Under the pieces are notes generated by a model. That model was not told where the DNA came from, searched no databases, and saw only the letters and a program-made list of their open reading frames with translations. From assembly GCF_963921235.1 (NCBI RefSeq), contig NC_086097.1, positions 238,640,001 to 238,704,000 of the forward strand: a stretch of DNA of 64,000 bases, written 5' to 3'. Shown here piece by piece: positions 50,522 through 62,130 of this stretch; position 1 is the first letter of the stretch; each line of letters begins with the position of its first letter. The stretch comes from Mobula hypostoma (Eukaryota). The position numbers were made by a program, and so were the translations under genes.

Positions 50522-51968
50522 TAAAGTAACGTAGTGAGGAGGTGCTCATGGGTTCAATGTCCATTCAGAAATCAGATGCTAGAAGAGAAGAAGCTGTTCC
50601 TGAATCATTGAGTGTGTGCCTTCAGGCTTCTGTACCTCCTACCTATTGGTAGCAGTGAACAAAGGCATGTGCTCATGTGCTGGGAGATGCCAATCCTTGA
50701 TGTCGTATGTCACCTGTTTGAGGCATCGCTCCTTGAAGATATTTTGGATACTGCGGAGTCTCGTGCTCATGATGGAGCTTACTAATTTTATGACTCTCTG
50801 CCACTTATTTTGATCCTGTGCGGTAGCCCCCCACCCCATACCAGACGGTGATGCAGGCAATTAGAATGCCCTCCACAGTACCTCTGTAAAAATTTGCGCC
50901 ACTGTCCACAAATTGTTTGTATATTCTCCTCGTAACTTCCTGCGTTTTCTCCAGGTGTTCCGATTTCCCCCCACATTCAAAGATAGACTGGTTCAGTAGG
51001 ATTATGGGTCATGTGGATGTATTTGGGCGACGTGGCCTTGTTGAGCCAGAAGAGTCTGTTACCATGCTGTATCTCTCAATAAATAAAACTTAAAATGATT
51101 GGCTAAGTTTTATTTTTATACCAAAGGACGGTGTTAATTGCACCTCTCATCACTTGGCAGGCCACAGATATTTTCAAGTCAATTCTGCATTTATTGAATG
51201 CTGACAAATTGAAGATCAATATTTCATGAACCCAGAGCCATCCATCTTTGGTAAATCTCTTCACTGCCCGTTTTTACTTCAAGAACGACAACACAACTAC
51301 TTGCTCGATGTGCGCTTAATTGCTTGATTCATTTTCTCACCAAGTAAGGATTCAGGAAAAGCCATGCAAATTTTAAATATTTAACGATTTACAATTACCT
51401 TACTTAAAACAAGTATCTGTAGATAAATATGCTGAAAATCACAGATATTTCAGAAAATACTCGATGGATTGAAAATAATTCAACAAGGTATCCAGTCACA
51501 AGGTGAACTTTAGCAGATGTTAAATTCACCTTTCCCAACATGAAGAGTTTGAAATTGGAAGGGAAACACTATTACAATATATGAGAGAGTGTTTTATGAA
51601 GGAAAATGTCCAGGTCCTTGCTGGGAAAACAGATGTTCTTAGAATACTCTTGTAAAGAACTCTGGATGACATCCAAACACATGTTTGTGAAAGGAAGAGT
51701 TATGCTCACGTTGATGTTGGTGTACAAGAGAACCTTTGCCACGTTTTTCCTCTGGGGGAGAAAAGGAGATTCTGCAGATGCTGGAAATCCAGAGAAATAC
51801 ACACAAAATTTTGGAGGAACTCAGCAGGTCAGGCAGCATCTATGGAGAGGAATAAACAGTCAACATTTCAGAAGGAGACCCTTAATCAGGACTGGAAAGG
51901 AAAGGGAAAGAAACTAGAATAAGGTGGTGCAGGGAAGTAAATTGGCTAGTGTTATAGGCAGAGTAGAA

Positions 51969-52048
51969 CAGGGGTTTTCAACCTAGGGTCCACGGACACC
52001 TCAGTTAATGGTAAGGGTCCATTGCATAAAAAAGGTTGGGAACCCTTG
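51969..52048. mobile_element. 80-bp hAT-type MITE (same family as 43311-43394)
   Basis: TIRs CAGGGGTTTTCAACC and GGTTGGGAACCCTTG; flanks GAGTAGAA and AGGTAGAG. Confidence 0.75.
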
Positions 52049-52059
52049 AGGTAGAGGAT

Positions 52060-52810
52060 TATGAAAAGTCACAGGGAGGTATTGATTAGTTATGTATGTG
52101 GTCTGAGAACTGGCAAATGGCTTTCAATCCAGATAATTGTGAGCTATTGTATTTTGGGAGATCAGACCAAGGCAGGGCATAGAGTGAATGGTAGGGCTCC
52201 AGGGAATGGAATGGGGCAGAAGGACTTATAAATGCAAGTGCATAGTTCACTAAAGGCAGCATCTCAGGTAGATATGGTAGCGACAAGGGTCTTCATTGGT
52301 TAAGCCATTTGGTAAATGTGTTGGAAAGTTACGCTGTAGTTAAATATGAAGTTGGCGAGGCCGCACATGCAGTGTTGTGTATAGTTTTAGTCACCCTCTT
52401 ACGGGAGAGATAGTATTAAAATAGAAATAGTGAAGAAAATTACTAGGACTTGTCTGGACATCGGGGCCTGTGGTACAAGTATGGGTAGAATAGCACTTTA
52501 TTCCTTGGAACATAGAAGACAGAGGAGTGACCTGTTAGAGGTATAAGCTAATATGAAGCAAAGACAGAGTCCTGACGAAGGGTCTCGGCCTGAAACGTCG
52601 ACTGCGCCTCTTCCTATAGATGCTGCCTGGCCTGCTGCGTTCACCAGCAACTTTGATGTGTGATAGCACATAGTATTTTTCTTCATGAAGGAGGTGCTAT
52701 AAACAGGAGGGCACAGGTTTCAGATAAAAGATGAGGGATTTAAAAGGGGCATCAGGGAGACCTTCTTCGTGCAAAGGGTTATGTGTATTTGGAATAAACT
52801 GCCAGGAACA
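52060..52810 (+). mobile_element. Old CR1 RT fragment hosting a 95-nt PLE terminus (52568-52662)
   Basis: WQMAFNPDNCELLYFGRS-type remnant at ~52110; CR1 sequence resumes at 52663. Confidence 0.7.
52568..52603 (+). ncRNA. Minimal type I hammerhead ribozyme motif
   Basis: Identical 36-mer forming the very start of the insert. Confidence 0.8.
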
Positions 52811-54744
52811 GTTTCTTCCCTGTGGCTGTTGAGCTTCTCAACAAAACTCACTCAGGTGTAATACACTGACTGTCCCTGCACAACATCCGTTAAATGGTCT
52901 CTCCTCCTCTCCTTGTTCTGCTAACAGTTACTTAGTTAGTTCAAAGGTTCACATTTATTTTCAAGACAACAGTGCCAACAGCCATGAGAAATCAACAATT
53001 AGTGAATGTGACCATTCTGCTAATTGTTGAATGCTCATGGCTAATGGAACTACTGTCGTGTAAATTGTTGGTTGCTATGGTGTTGTCTGTTATCGTATTG
53101 TCCTGTGTTTTATGCTTGGCATTCTCTCTAGTACAGGCAAAATCCTGCTAAGTCTCCTCTGCATCTTCTCTAATGCTTCTATGTTCCTCCTATAATGAGG
53201 CAATTAGAACAGAATACAATTCTTCAAAGGTTCATTTTAATTTCAGAGAATGTATACAGTATGCAATCTGAAATTCCTACTCTTCACAGACATCCATGAA
53301 TCAAGAATCCCATAGAAAGTATGTTAGAAACATTGAAGCCCCTGAAGCCACACCTCCCACTCCCTTCAAGCAGGCAGTAGCAAAAGCTTTGACCCTGCAC
53401 TCGTACTAGCAGAAGCACCGACACCCCCCTCCACACCCCACCATGCAAGCAACAGCAGAAGCCACCCAAAGATACCCCAACCCAGAGTCCATCAAAACTT
53501 CGCTCCTGCAATGGGAGTGGGGACCAGCAATTCATTGTTCCGATATTACAATCTTCCATTTTGCTTCTCCAAGTCCCCCATCTCAAGAACCAAGAGGTTC
53601 TCACTCTCCAAAGGGAGAGAGGGAGATGGACCTACCTCCAATAGCAGCTGGTGTTACCAAACACGCCGCCTGATGTCTTGGTGCTCCAATCTTAATGTTT
53701 CAGTGTCCCACAACACTTCAGTCAGCATTAAATTTCATCTGATGTGAATCTGCCCTTCCCACTAGCCTGAATATATCCCCTAAAGTCTCTGATCAATTTC
53801 CTCACAGTGCACCACACTTACAAATTTGGTGCCATTTGTTAATTTGGAAAAGATATCTTGCAACACACAAGACCAAACTATGAATATTTATTGAGTAAAC
53901 AGACGTTCCAATATGAACCCCTGGGAAACTCCACTGTACACTTGCTTCATTCCTTACAAAAAACACTCATTCTCTATGATCATTTCTTGTTACTTCACTG
54001 AATTTCTATCCATGTTGTTATTAACGGTGGTGGAGGAAGATACGATAGGGTCTTTTAAGAGACTTTTGGATAGGTACATGCAGCTTAGAAAAATAGAGGG
54101 CTATGCGTAAGTCTAGTAATTTCTAAGGTAGGAACATGTTCAGCACAACTTTGTGGGCCGAAGGGCCTGCATTGTGCTGTAGGTTTTCTATGTTTCTATG
54201 TTAACTTCTTCATTTCAAGTTTTCCAAATTTAATGGCAAGCCTATTATGTAACACTTATCAAACATTATTTTTAAGACCATATAATTGCAGTTTCCTCAT
54301 CAGCTCTCCGGAATTACTTAATAACAAACTTTCTAGTTGGTTAAGCACAGTTTCCCTTAAATAAGTAAATGCTGGTTTTCTTCAATCGGTCCACTCTTGG
54401 TCAAGTGACAACGAATTCACTGTCGCTTCATGGTTTTTTGCTGATGTTATGCCTGCATTTCGGTGTTGAATAAGATTTCAAAATTTGCAACTTTAGTGTC
54501 CTGAGTTACTACCTCTTGATGTTTATGAGTTCATGGCAAAGGGCTCTGCAATTTTCTTCTTGGTTTCTCTCAGCAATCTTGAATAGGTGACTTTTCCACT
54601 TGTCTATCCTCATATTAACACTCTTTCAAAATAATGAAACAAAATACAGCTGTTCCAAGTGCTAAATCATGATAGTTTTGAGCTGTGAGAAAGAGAGATG
54701 CCTCTTAAACCCAAGACAGCTGGGTGAACCATATAATTCAAATC

Positions 54745-55697
54745 CAAAGCACTGGAGGAACTCAGCAGGTCAGGCAGCATCTATGGAGAAGAATAAACAG
54801 TCGATGTTTCAGGCTGAGATCCCTCACCCTGACTGGAAAGGAAAAGGGACAGAAGCCAAAGCAAGAATGTGAGGAAGGAGAGGAATACAAGCTGATAAGT
54901 GATTCGTGAGACCAGGTGAGGGGGAAGGTGGGTGGCTGGGTTGGGGAGGGAAGATGAAGTAAGAAGCTGGGAGGTGATTGGTGGAAAAGGGAAAGAGCTG
55001 AAGGAGTTTGGTAAGAGAGGACAGTGGACCATGGAAGAAAGGGAAGGTGGATGGGAACCAGAGGGACATGATGTACATGTGAGGAGAAGGAAAGGGATGA
55101 TAGGGTAACCAGAATGGGGAATACAAAACGAGAGGAGGAAGAGGGGAGAAATTACTGCTCTCAGGTTAGAGGCTATATCAGTATTGCTCTTTCAACCTGA
55201 ATTTGGCCTCAACACGGCAGTAGAGGAGGCCATGGATAGACATGTCAGAATGGGAACAAGAAGTTTTAAATGGTGAACAACTGGGAGATCCTGCTTGAAA
55301 TGGATACCAGCCACGAGGAGACCCTGCCCCTTTCTTCTCCCCCTTTCTCCTCTGTTTTTTCATTCCCCATTCTGGTTACCCTTACCTTTCTCTTCTCACT
55401 TTTCCATCACTTCCTTCTGGTTCCCTTCTTCCCTACATTTATTTTATTGTTCACTGTCCTCTCCTATTCCATTTCTTCTTCTTTTATCCTTTACCTTTTC
55501 CACCTATCCCCTCCCAGCTTTTTACTTCATCTTCCCTCCCTCGCCCACCCATCTTAGTTTCACCTATAACTTGCCGGCTTATGCTCCTCTCCCTCCACCC
55601 ACCATTTTATCCCAGCTTTTGCCCCCTTCCATTCCAGTTCTTATGAAGGGTCTAGGCCCAAAATGTCTACTGTTTACCCTTCTCCATAGATGCTGCT
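54745..55697. mobile_element. Two old PLE fragments in opposite orientation (- ~54745-55300; + ~55325-55697)
   Basis: SHSDMSIHGLLYCRVEAKFRLKEQ (ORF 55178-55363); decayed termini at both outer ends. Confidence 0.72.
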
Positions 55698-55721
55698 TAT
55701 ATGTCACCCTATATAACCCTG

Positions 55722-56660
55722 ATAACCCTGCGTGGGGCTCCACAGGGGACTGTCTTGTCTCCCTTTCTCTTCACCATTTACACCTCAGACTTCAACTACT
55801 GCACAGAGTCTTGTCATCTTCAGAAGTTTTCGGATGACTCTGCCATAGCTGGATGCATCAGCAAGGGAGATGAGGCAGAGTACAGGGCTACGGTAGGAAA
55901 CTTTGTCACATGGTGTGAGCAGAATTATCTGCAGCTTAATGTGAAAAAGACTAAGGAGCTGGTGGTAGACCTGAGGAGGGCTAAGGCACCGGTGACCCCT
56001 GTTTCCATCCAGGGGGTCAGTGTGGATATGATGGAGGATTACAAATACCTGGGGATACAAATTGCCAATAAACTGGACTGGTCAAAGAACACTGAGGCTG
56101 TCTACAAGAAGGGTCAGAGCTGTCTCTATTTCCTGAGGAGACTGAGGTCCTTTAACATCTGTCGGACGATGCTGAGGATGTTCTACGAGTCTGTGGTGGC
56201 CAGTGCGATCATGTTTGCTGTTGTGTGCTGGGGCCGCAGGCTGAGGGCATCAACAGAATCAACAAGCTCATTCGTAAGGCCAGTGATATTGTGGGGATGG
56301 AACTGGACTCTCTGACGGTGGCGTCTGAAAAGAGGATGCTGTCCAAGTTGCATGCCATCTTGACCTAGCCAATGTCTCCCATCCACGACATTATAGTTGG
56401 GCACAGGAATACATTCAGCCAGAGACTCATTCCTCCAAGATGCAACACTGAGCATCATAGGAAGTCATTCCTGTCTGTGGCCATCAAACTTTACAACTCC
56501 TCCCTTGGAGGGTCAGACACCCTGAGCCAATAGGCTGGTCCTGGTCTTATTTCATAATTTACTGGCATAATTTACATGTTACTATTTGAAAATTTATGGT
56601 GCAACTGTAACAAAAACCAATTTCCCTCGGGATCAATAAAATATGACTATGACTATGACT
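55722..56660 (+). mobile_element. Rex1/Babar-like LINE, 5'-truncated in RT
   Basis: GAPQGTVLSPFLFTIYTSDF..KFSDDSA..LQLNVKKTKELVVDLRR..YKYLG (ORF 55701-56315); AATAAA followed by a (TATGAC)3 tail. Confidence 0.9.
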
Positions 56661-56734
56661 AATCATTTTCTTGCATACATTCACAGCAAACAAATAAATC
56701 AATAGAATCAGTGAAAAACTACACACAAAGACTG

Positions 56735-57495
56735 ACAAACAACTGCTGTACACCATGCTGAGCAATGGTCTGATCTGCTGCTGACTCATGACTGCAAAAC
56801 TATATTCAGTTCAGACCACATCATCAAGTTTGCTGAAGATACTGCAGTGGTTGGCCACATTAGGAACAATAATGAGTCGGCATACAGAGAGGAAGTTGAC
56901 GGGCTTGTCAAATGGTGCAGAACAACAACCTCAGTCTCAGTGTGCACAAGACAAAAGAGATCATTATGGGATTCAGGAAGGCACATTCCATTCCAGATTC
57001 CAGATCAATGGTTCTGCCTCAGAGACAGTGAAGAGCACGAAGTTCCTTGGTGTGCACGTAATGGATGATTTAATCTGGAGCTACAACACCTCCACATTAG
57101 TAAAGAAATCACAGCAGTGTCTACACTTTCTGATGAGATTGAGGTGTGCAAGCCTCCCACCCCCATTCCAGCAACTTTTTTCAAGAGCATCATCGAGAGT
57201 ATCTTGTCTGTCTGAGTCATTGTGTGGTATGGAAACTGCAAGGCATCGATCATCAAGTCACTATAGAGGATGCTAAAAGCCACCAAGAGGATCATAGGGA
57301 TCTCCCTCCACCCTATTTGTGATGTTTTCCAGGGCCCAAAGCATTATTGAGGATCCCAACCCCCCATCCTACAATCTCTTTGACTCACCACAATCAGAAA
57401 GGAGGTGCAGAAGCACTAAGGCTAGGACTACCAGACCGGGTAACTGCTTCCTCCCTCAGTCTGTGAGACCAATGAATACCCTACCACAACCAAAG
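56735..57495 (+). mobile_element. Decayed Rex1/Babar-like RT
   Basis: VKSTKFLGVHVMDDLIWSYNTSTLVKKSQQCLHFL. Confidence 0.8.
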
Positions 57496-57497
57496 TC

Positions 57498-58832
57498 TGT
57501 GAAGGATGTTAAGGATGAGGTGATGGAGTACTTAGTGACACCGGATAAGACAGGACAAAGTCAGCATGGTTTCCTTCAGCAAAAATTCTGCCTGACAAAC
57601 CTATTGGAATTGTTTAAGGAGAATACAAGTAGGATAGATAAAGGGGATGCAGTGGGTGTTGTATATTTGGACTTTCAGAAGGCCTTTGACAAGGTGCCAC
57701 ACATGAGGCTGCTTACCAAGTTAAGAGCCTATGGTATTACAGGAAAGTTACTAACATGGCTAGAGCATTGACTGATTACTAGGAGGCATCGTGTGAGAAT
57801 AAAGGGATCCTTTTCTGGTTGGCTGCCAGTGACTAGTGGTCTTCCGCAGGGGTCAGTTTGGCACCACTTCTTTTTATGCTGTATATCAATGACTTAGATA
57901 ATGGAATTGTTGCCAAGTTTGCGAATGATACAAAGATTGGTGGAGGGCAGATAGTGTTGAGGAAACATGCAGGCTGCAGAAGAACTTAGACAGATTAGGA
58001 AAATGGGCAAGAAAGTGGCAAATGAAATACAATGTTGAAAAATGTATGGTCAAGCACTTTGGTAGTAGAAATAAATCTACAGACTATTTTCTAAATGGGG
58101 AGAAAATCCCAAAATCTGAGATGCAAACGGACTTGGGAGTCATTGAGTAGAATACCCTAACAGTTAACTTGCAGTTTGAGTCAGTGGTGAGGAAGGCAAA
58201 TGCAATGTTCACATTTATTTCAAGAGGTCTTGACTACAAGAGCGGGATGTGGTATTGGTGAGGCTGCTCCTTGAGTATTGTGAACAGTTTTAGACTTCTC
58301 ATCTAGGAAAAAGTGTGTTCGCATTAGAGAGGGTACAGAGGTGGTTCACAAGGATGAATCCTTGGAATGAACTAGTTATCATATGAGGAACATTTGATGG
58401 CTCTGGGTTTGTACTCGCTAGAATTTAGAAGGATGAGGGGGGATTTTATTGAGATCTTTTGAATGTTAAAAGTCCTTAGACAGTATTGATGTGAAAAGGA
58501 AGTTTCCCATGGTGGGGGAGTCTTGGACAAGAGGGTATAGCCTCAGGATAGAGGGGCATCTTTTTAAAACAGAAATGCAGAGAAATTTTTTTAGCCAGCA
58601 GAAGGTTAATTTGTGGAATTTGTTACTACAGGCATCTGTGAAGCCCAGGTCGTTGGGTGTATTTAAGGCAGAGCTTGATAGGTTCTTGATTGGACACAGC
58701 ATTAAACGTTACGGGCAGAAGGTTGGGGTATTGGGTTGAGGAGGGGTGAAAAAAAGGATCAGCCATGTTTCAATGGTGGAGCAGACTCGATGGGCAAAAT
58801 GGCCTAATTCTGCTCCTATGTCTTATAGTCTC
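57498..58832 (+). mobile_element. CR1 RT and 3' end
   Basis: SQHGF..CLTNLLE..VYLDFQKAFDKVPH (ORF 57319-57771); ORF 58491-58739. Confidence 0.9.
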
Positions 58833-59847
58833 GTCACTAGGGCAGGGAATTGGAGGCAATCAACGATTCCATCCTCAAGTCCCGGACCTCTGTGTATGGG
58901 CCATAAAATGGGGATACCCGAGATGTTCTGGAGGTCAGATCTGATTTTCCATTCTGTGCTTGACTCAACGCAGACTCATTTGCAATGCATTGGAATGCTG
59001 AACAAAGGGTTGCACTTCACTCTCAGCTTAACGCCACAGAGGGCTGGTGTTCGGTAGGCTACACATCTCATTTTAATATCACTTTTTTTTAAACCATCAT
59101 GCAACCACATTATGCAACCGTAAGACATAGGAGAAGAATTAGGCTATAGAAACATAGAAAATAGGTGCAGGAGTAGGCCATTCGGCCCTTCGAGCCTGCA
59201 CCGCCATTCAGTATGATCAGTTTTTTCCTAATCTCGGTCCTAAAAGGCTTCCCCTTTATCCTCAAACTGTGACCCCTCGTTCTGGACTTCCCCAACATCA
59301 GGAACAAATCCGGCTCATCAGGTCTGTTCTTCCATTCGATTATGGCCAGTTTATCTTTCTTCTCAACCCCCATTTTCCAGCCTGCCCCCATAACCTTTGG
59401 CGCCCTTATAAATGAAGAACCTATCAATCTTCATGAAGTAATATCTCAAGAAAGTGGCATCCATCATTAAGGGTCCTCATCGTTCAGGACACGCCCTCTA
59501 GTCATCACAATTGTCAGGGAGGAGGTGCAGGAAAACTCAACATTTTAGGATGTGGTCTAAATCCCACTCATTTTAATGCAGTTAATGAACTTGAGGAAAA
59601 AAAAAATACTCAAAAGTATTTTCATGCTTCTATTATTTGTGAGATTTTGAATCTGTTTTGAGGTCAATTAAACTTTTTAATAATGTTATTTTTAATTTTC
59701 AAAGTTCAGATTCATATTTATTCATTTATTTTCATGTGCATATGTAAACATGCAGGGAAAAGTAGCACTTGTGGTAATAACTATCACAACCCAAGAACGT
59801 GCTGGCGGCAGTCCGCAAGTATTGCCATACATTCCGATGGCAACTTA

Positions 59848-60476
59848 TGGCCTTCATAACAAGGGGAATTGAGTATAGGAGCAAAGAGGTCCTTCTGCAG
59901 TTGTACACGGCCCTGGTGAGACCACACCTGGAATACTGTGTACCATTTTGGTCTCCAAATTTGAGGAAGGACATTCTAGCTATTGAGGGAGTGCAGCGTA
60001 GGTTCATGAGGTTAATTCTCGGGATGGCGGGACTGTCATATGTTGAAAGATTGGAGCGACTGGGGTTGTATACACTAGAATTTAGAAGGAGGAGAGGGGA
60101 TCTGACTGAAACATATAAGATTATTAAGGGATTGGACAAGCTAGAGGCAGGAAACATGTTTCCGATGTTGGGGGAGTCCAGAACCAGAGGCCACAGTTTA
60201 AGAATAAGGGGTAGACAATTTAGAACAGAGTTGAGGAAAAGCTTTTTCACACAGAGGGTTGTGGTTCTGTGGAATGCTCTGCCTCAGAAGGCAGTGGAGG
60301 CCAATTCTCTGGATTCTTTCAAGAAAGAGTTAGATAGAGCTCTTAAAGATAGTGGAGTGAAGGGATATGGGGAGAAGGCAGGAATGGAGTACTGATTGTG
60401 GATGATCAGCCATGATCACAGTGAATGGTGGTGCTGGCTCGAAGGGCTGAATGGCCAACTCCTGCACGTATTGTCT
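59848..60476 (+). mobile_element. Young CR1 3' fragment (same subfamily as 7635-10272)
   Basis: Open frame to 60395; 6-bp direct repeat AACTTA at 59842-59847 and 60477-60482. Confidence 0.92.
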
Positions 60477-60566
60477 AACTTAGCGTGCCCACAGTGTTCA
60501 GCAGAATAACACAAACAGCAACAACAAAGCAACAGCAGTACAAGGCCCTTTCCTCCCTCTCACCAA

Positions 60567-60568
<2 letters not shown>

Positions 60569-60606
<38 letters not shown>
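60569..60606 (+). repeat. (CA)n microsatellite
   Basis: Directly visible. Confidence 0.95.
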
Positions 60607-60608
<2 letters not shown>

Positions 60609-61098
60609 CTCTGATCTTAGGATACGCTGCTTCTCGGCCTCTGGTGGACTCACAGATATTGGACCTCCAAATTTCATTAGTTTCAAAATATGCCTGGCTA
60701 TCAGAAACATTTTAAAACCTTTCGGTATCCAGCAAGTACTTAAAAGTGTTCAGGATGATCAAAGTGTGAGGATGCAGGGCACACACCCACTAGCTACTCA
60801 GGAGCACAATGAACCTCACTGGATTCCATGACGGTGCACCATGGGAGGGTAGAGATGGGCCACAGTAGCTGACACTCAGAAAACTCAATGAAGGAGGCAT
60901 TGATAGCAACCCTGGACGGCAATTAAGTCCATTACAATTTTGCCATTGGAACTTGTGTTTTGCTTTCTCAAAACTTTAAAATAATGTTGCAGCTCTATGA
61001 AACCCTGACTTCACCACACTTGGAATATTCTGTTCAGTTCTAGTCACCTCTTTATAGGAAGGATGAGACAAATTCAGAGAGGTTGCAAAGAAGATTTA

Positions 61099-62130
61099 CA
61101 TAGAAACATAGAAAATAGGTGCAGGAGTAGGCCATTCGGCCCTTCGAGCCTGCACCACCATTCAGTATGATCATGGCTGATCATCCAACTCAGAACCCTG
61201 GACCAGCCTTCCCTCCATACCCCTTGATCCCCTTAGCCACAAGGGTCATATCTAACTTCCTCTTAAATATAGCCAATGAACTGGCCTCAACTGTTTCCTG
61301 TGGCAGAGAATTCCACAGATTCACCACTCTCTGTGTGAAGAAGTTTTTCCTAATGTCGGTCCTAAAAGGCTTCCCCTTTATCCTCAAACTGTGACCCCTC
61401 GTTCTGGACTTCCCCAACATTGGGAACAATCTTCCTGCATCAAGCCTGTCCAATCCCTTTAGGAATTTATACGTTTCAATAAGATCCCCCCTCAATCTTC
61501 TAAATTCCAATGAGTATAAGCCTAGTCAATCCAATCTTTCATCATATGAAAGTCCTGCCATCCCAAGAATCAATATGGTGAACCTTCTTTGTACTCCCTC
61601 TATGGCAAGGATGTCCTTCCTCAGATTAGGGGACCAAAACTGCACACAATACTCCAGGTGTGGTCTCACCAAGGCCTTGTACAACTGCAGTAGTGTCTCC
61701 CTGTTCCTGTACTAAAATCCTCTTGCTATGAATGCCAGCATACCATTTGCCTTTTTCACCGCCTGCTGTACCTGCATGCCCACTTTCAATGACTGGTGTA
61801 TAATGACACCCAGGTCTCGTTGCACCTCCCCTTTTCCTAATCGGCCACCATTCAGATAATAATCTGTTTTCCTGTTTTTGCCACCAAAGTGGATAACCTC
61901 ACATTTATCCACATTAAATTGCATCTGCCATGAATTTGCCCACTCACTTAACCTAACCATGTCACCCTGCATCCTCTTAGCATACTTCTCACAGCTAACA
62001 CTGCCGCCCAGCTTCGTGTCATCCGCAAACTTGGAGATGCTGCATTTAATTCCCTCATCTAAGTCATTAATATATATTGTAAACAACTGGGTTCCCAGCA
62101 CTGAGCCTTGCGGTACCCCACTAGTCACTG
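61099..62130 (-). mobile_element. Young CR1 nested in an older plus-strand CR1 (~60975-62500)
   Basis: ORFs 61712-62128 (SGVPQGSVLG..KFADDTK) and 61190-61510; CATAGAAA tail repeats. Confidence 0.92.

Noticed and set aside
51540..51760. Coding-looking unique stretch with overlapping ORFs
   Set aside because: No recognisable homology or consistent splice signals; ORF lengths are inflated by the adjacent PLE fragment.
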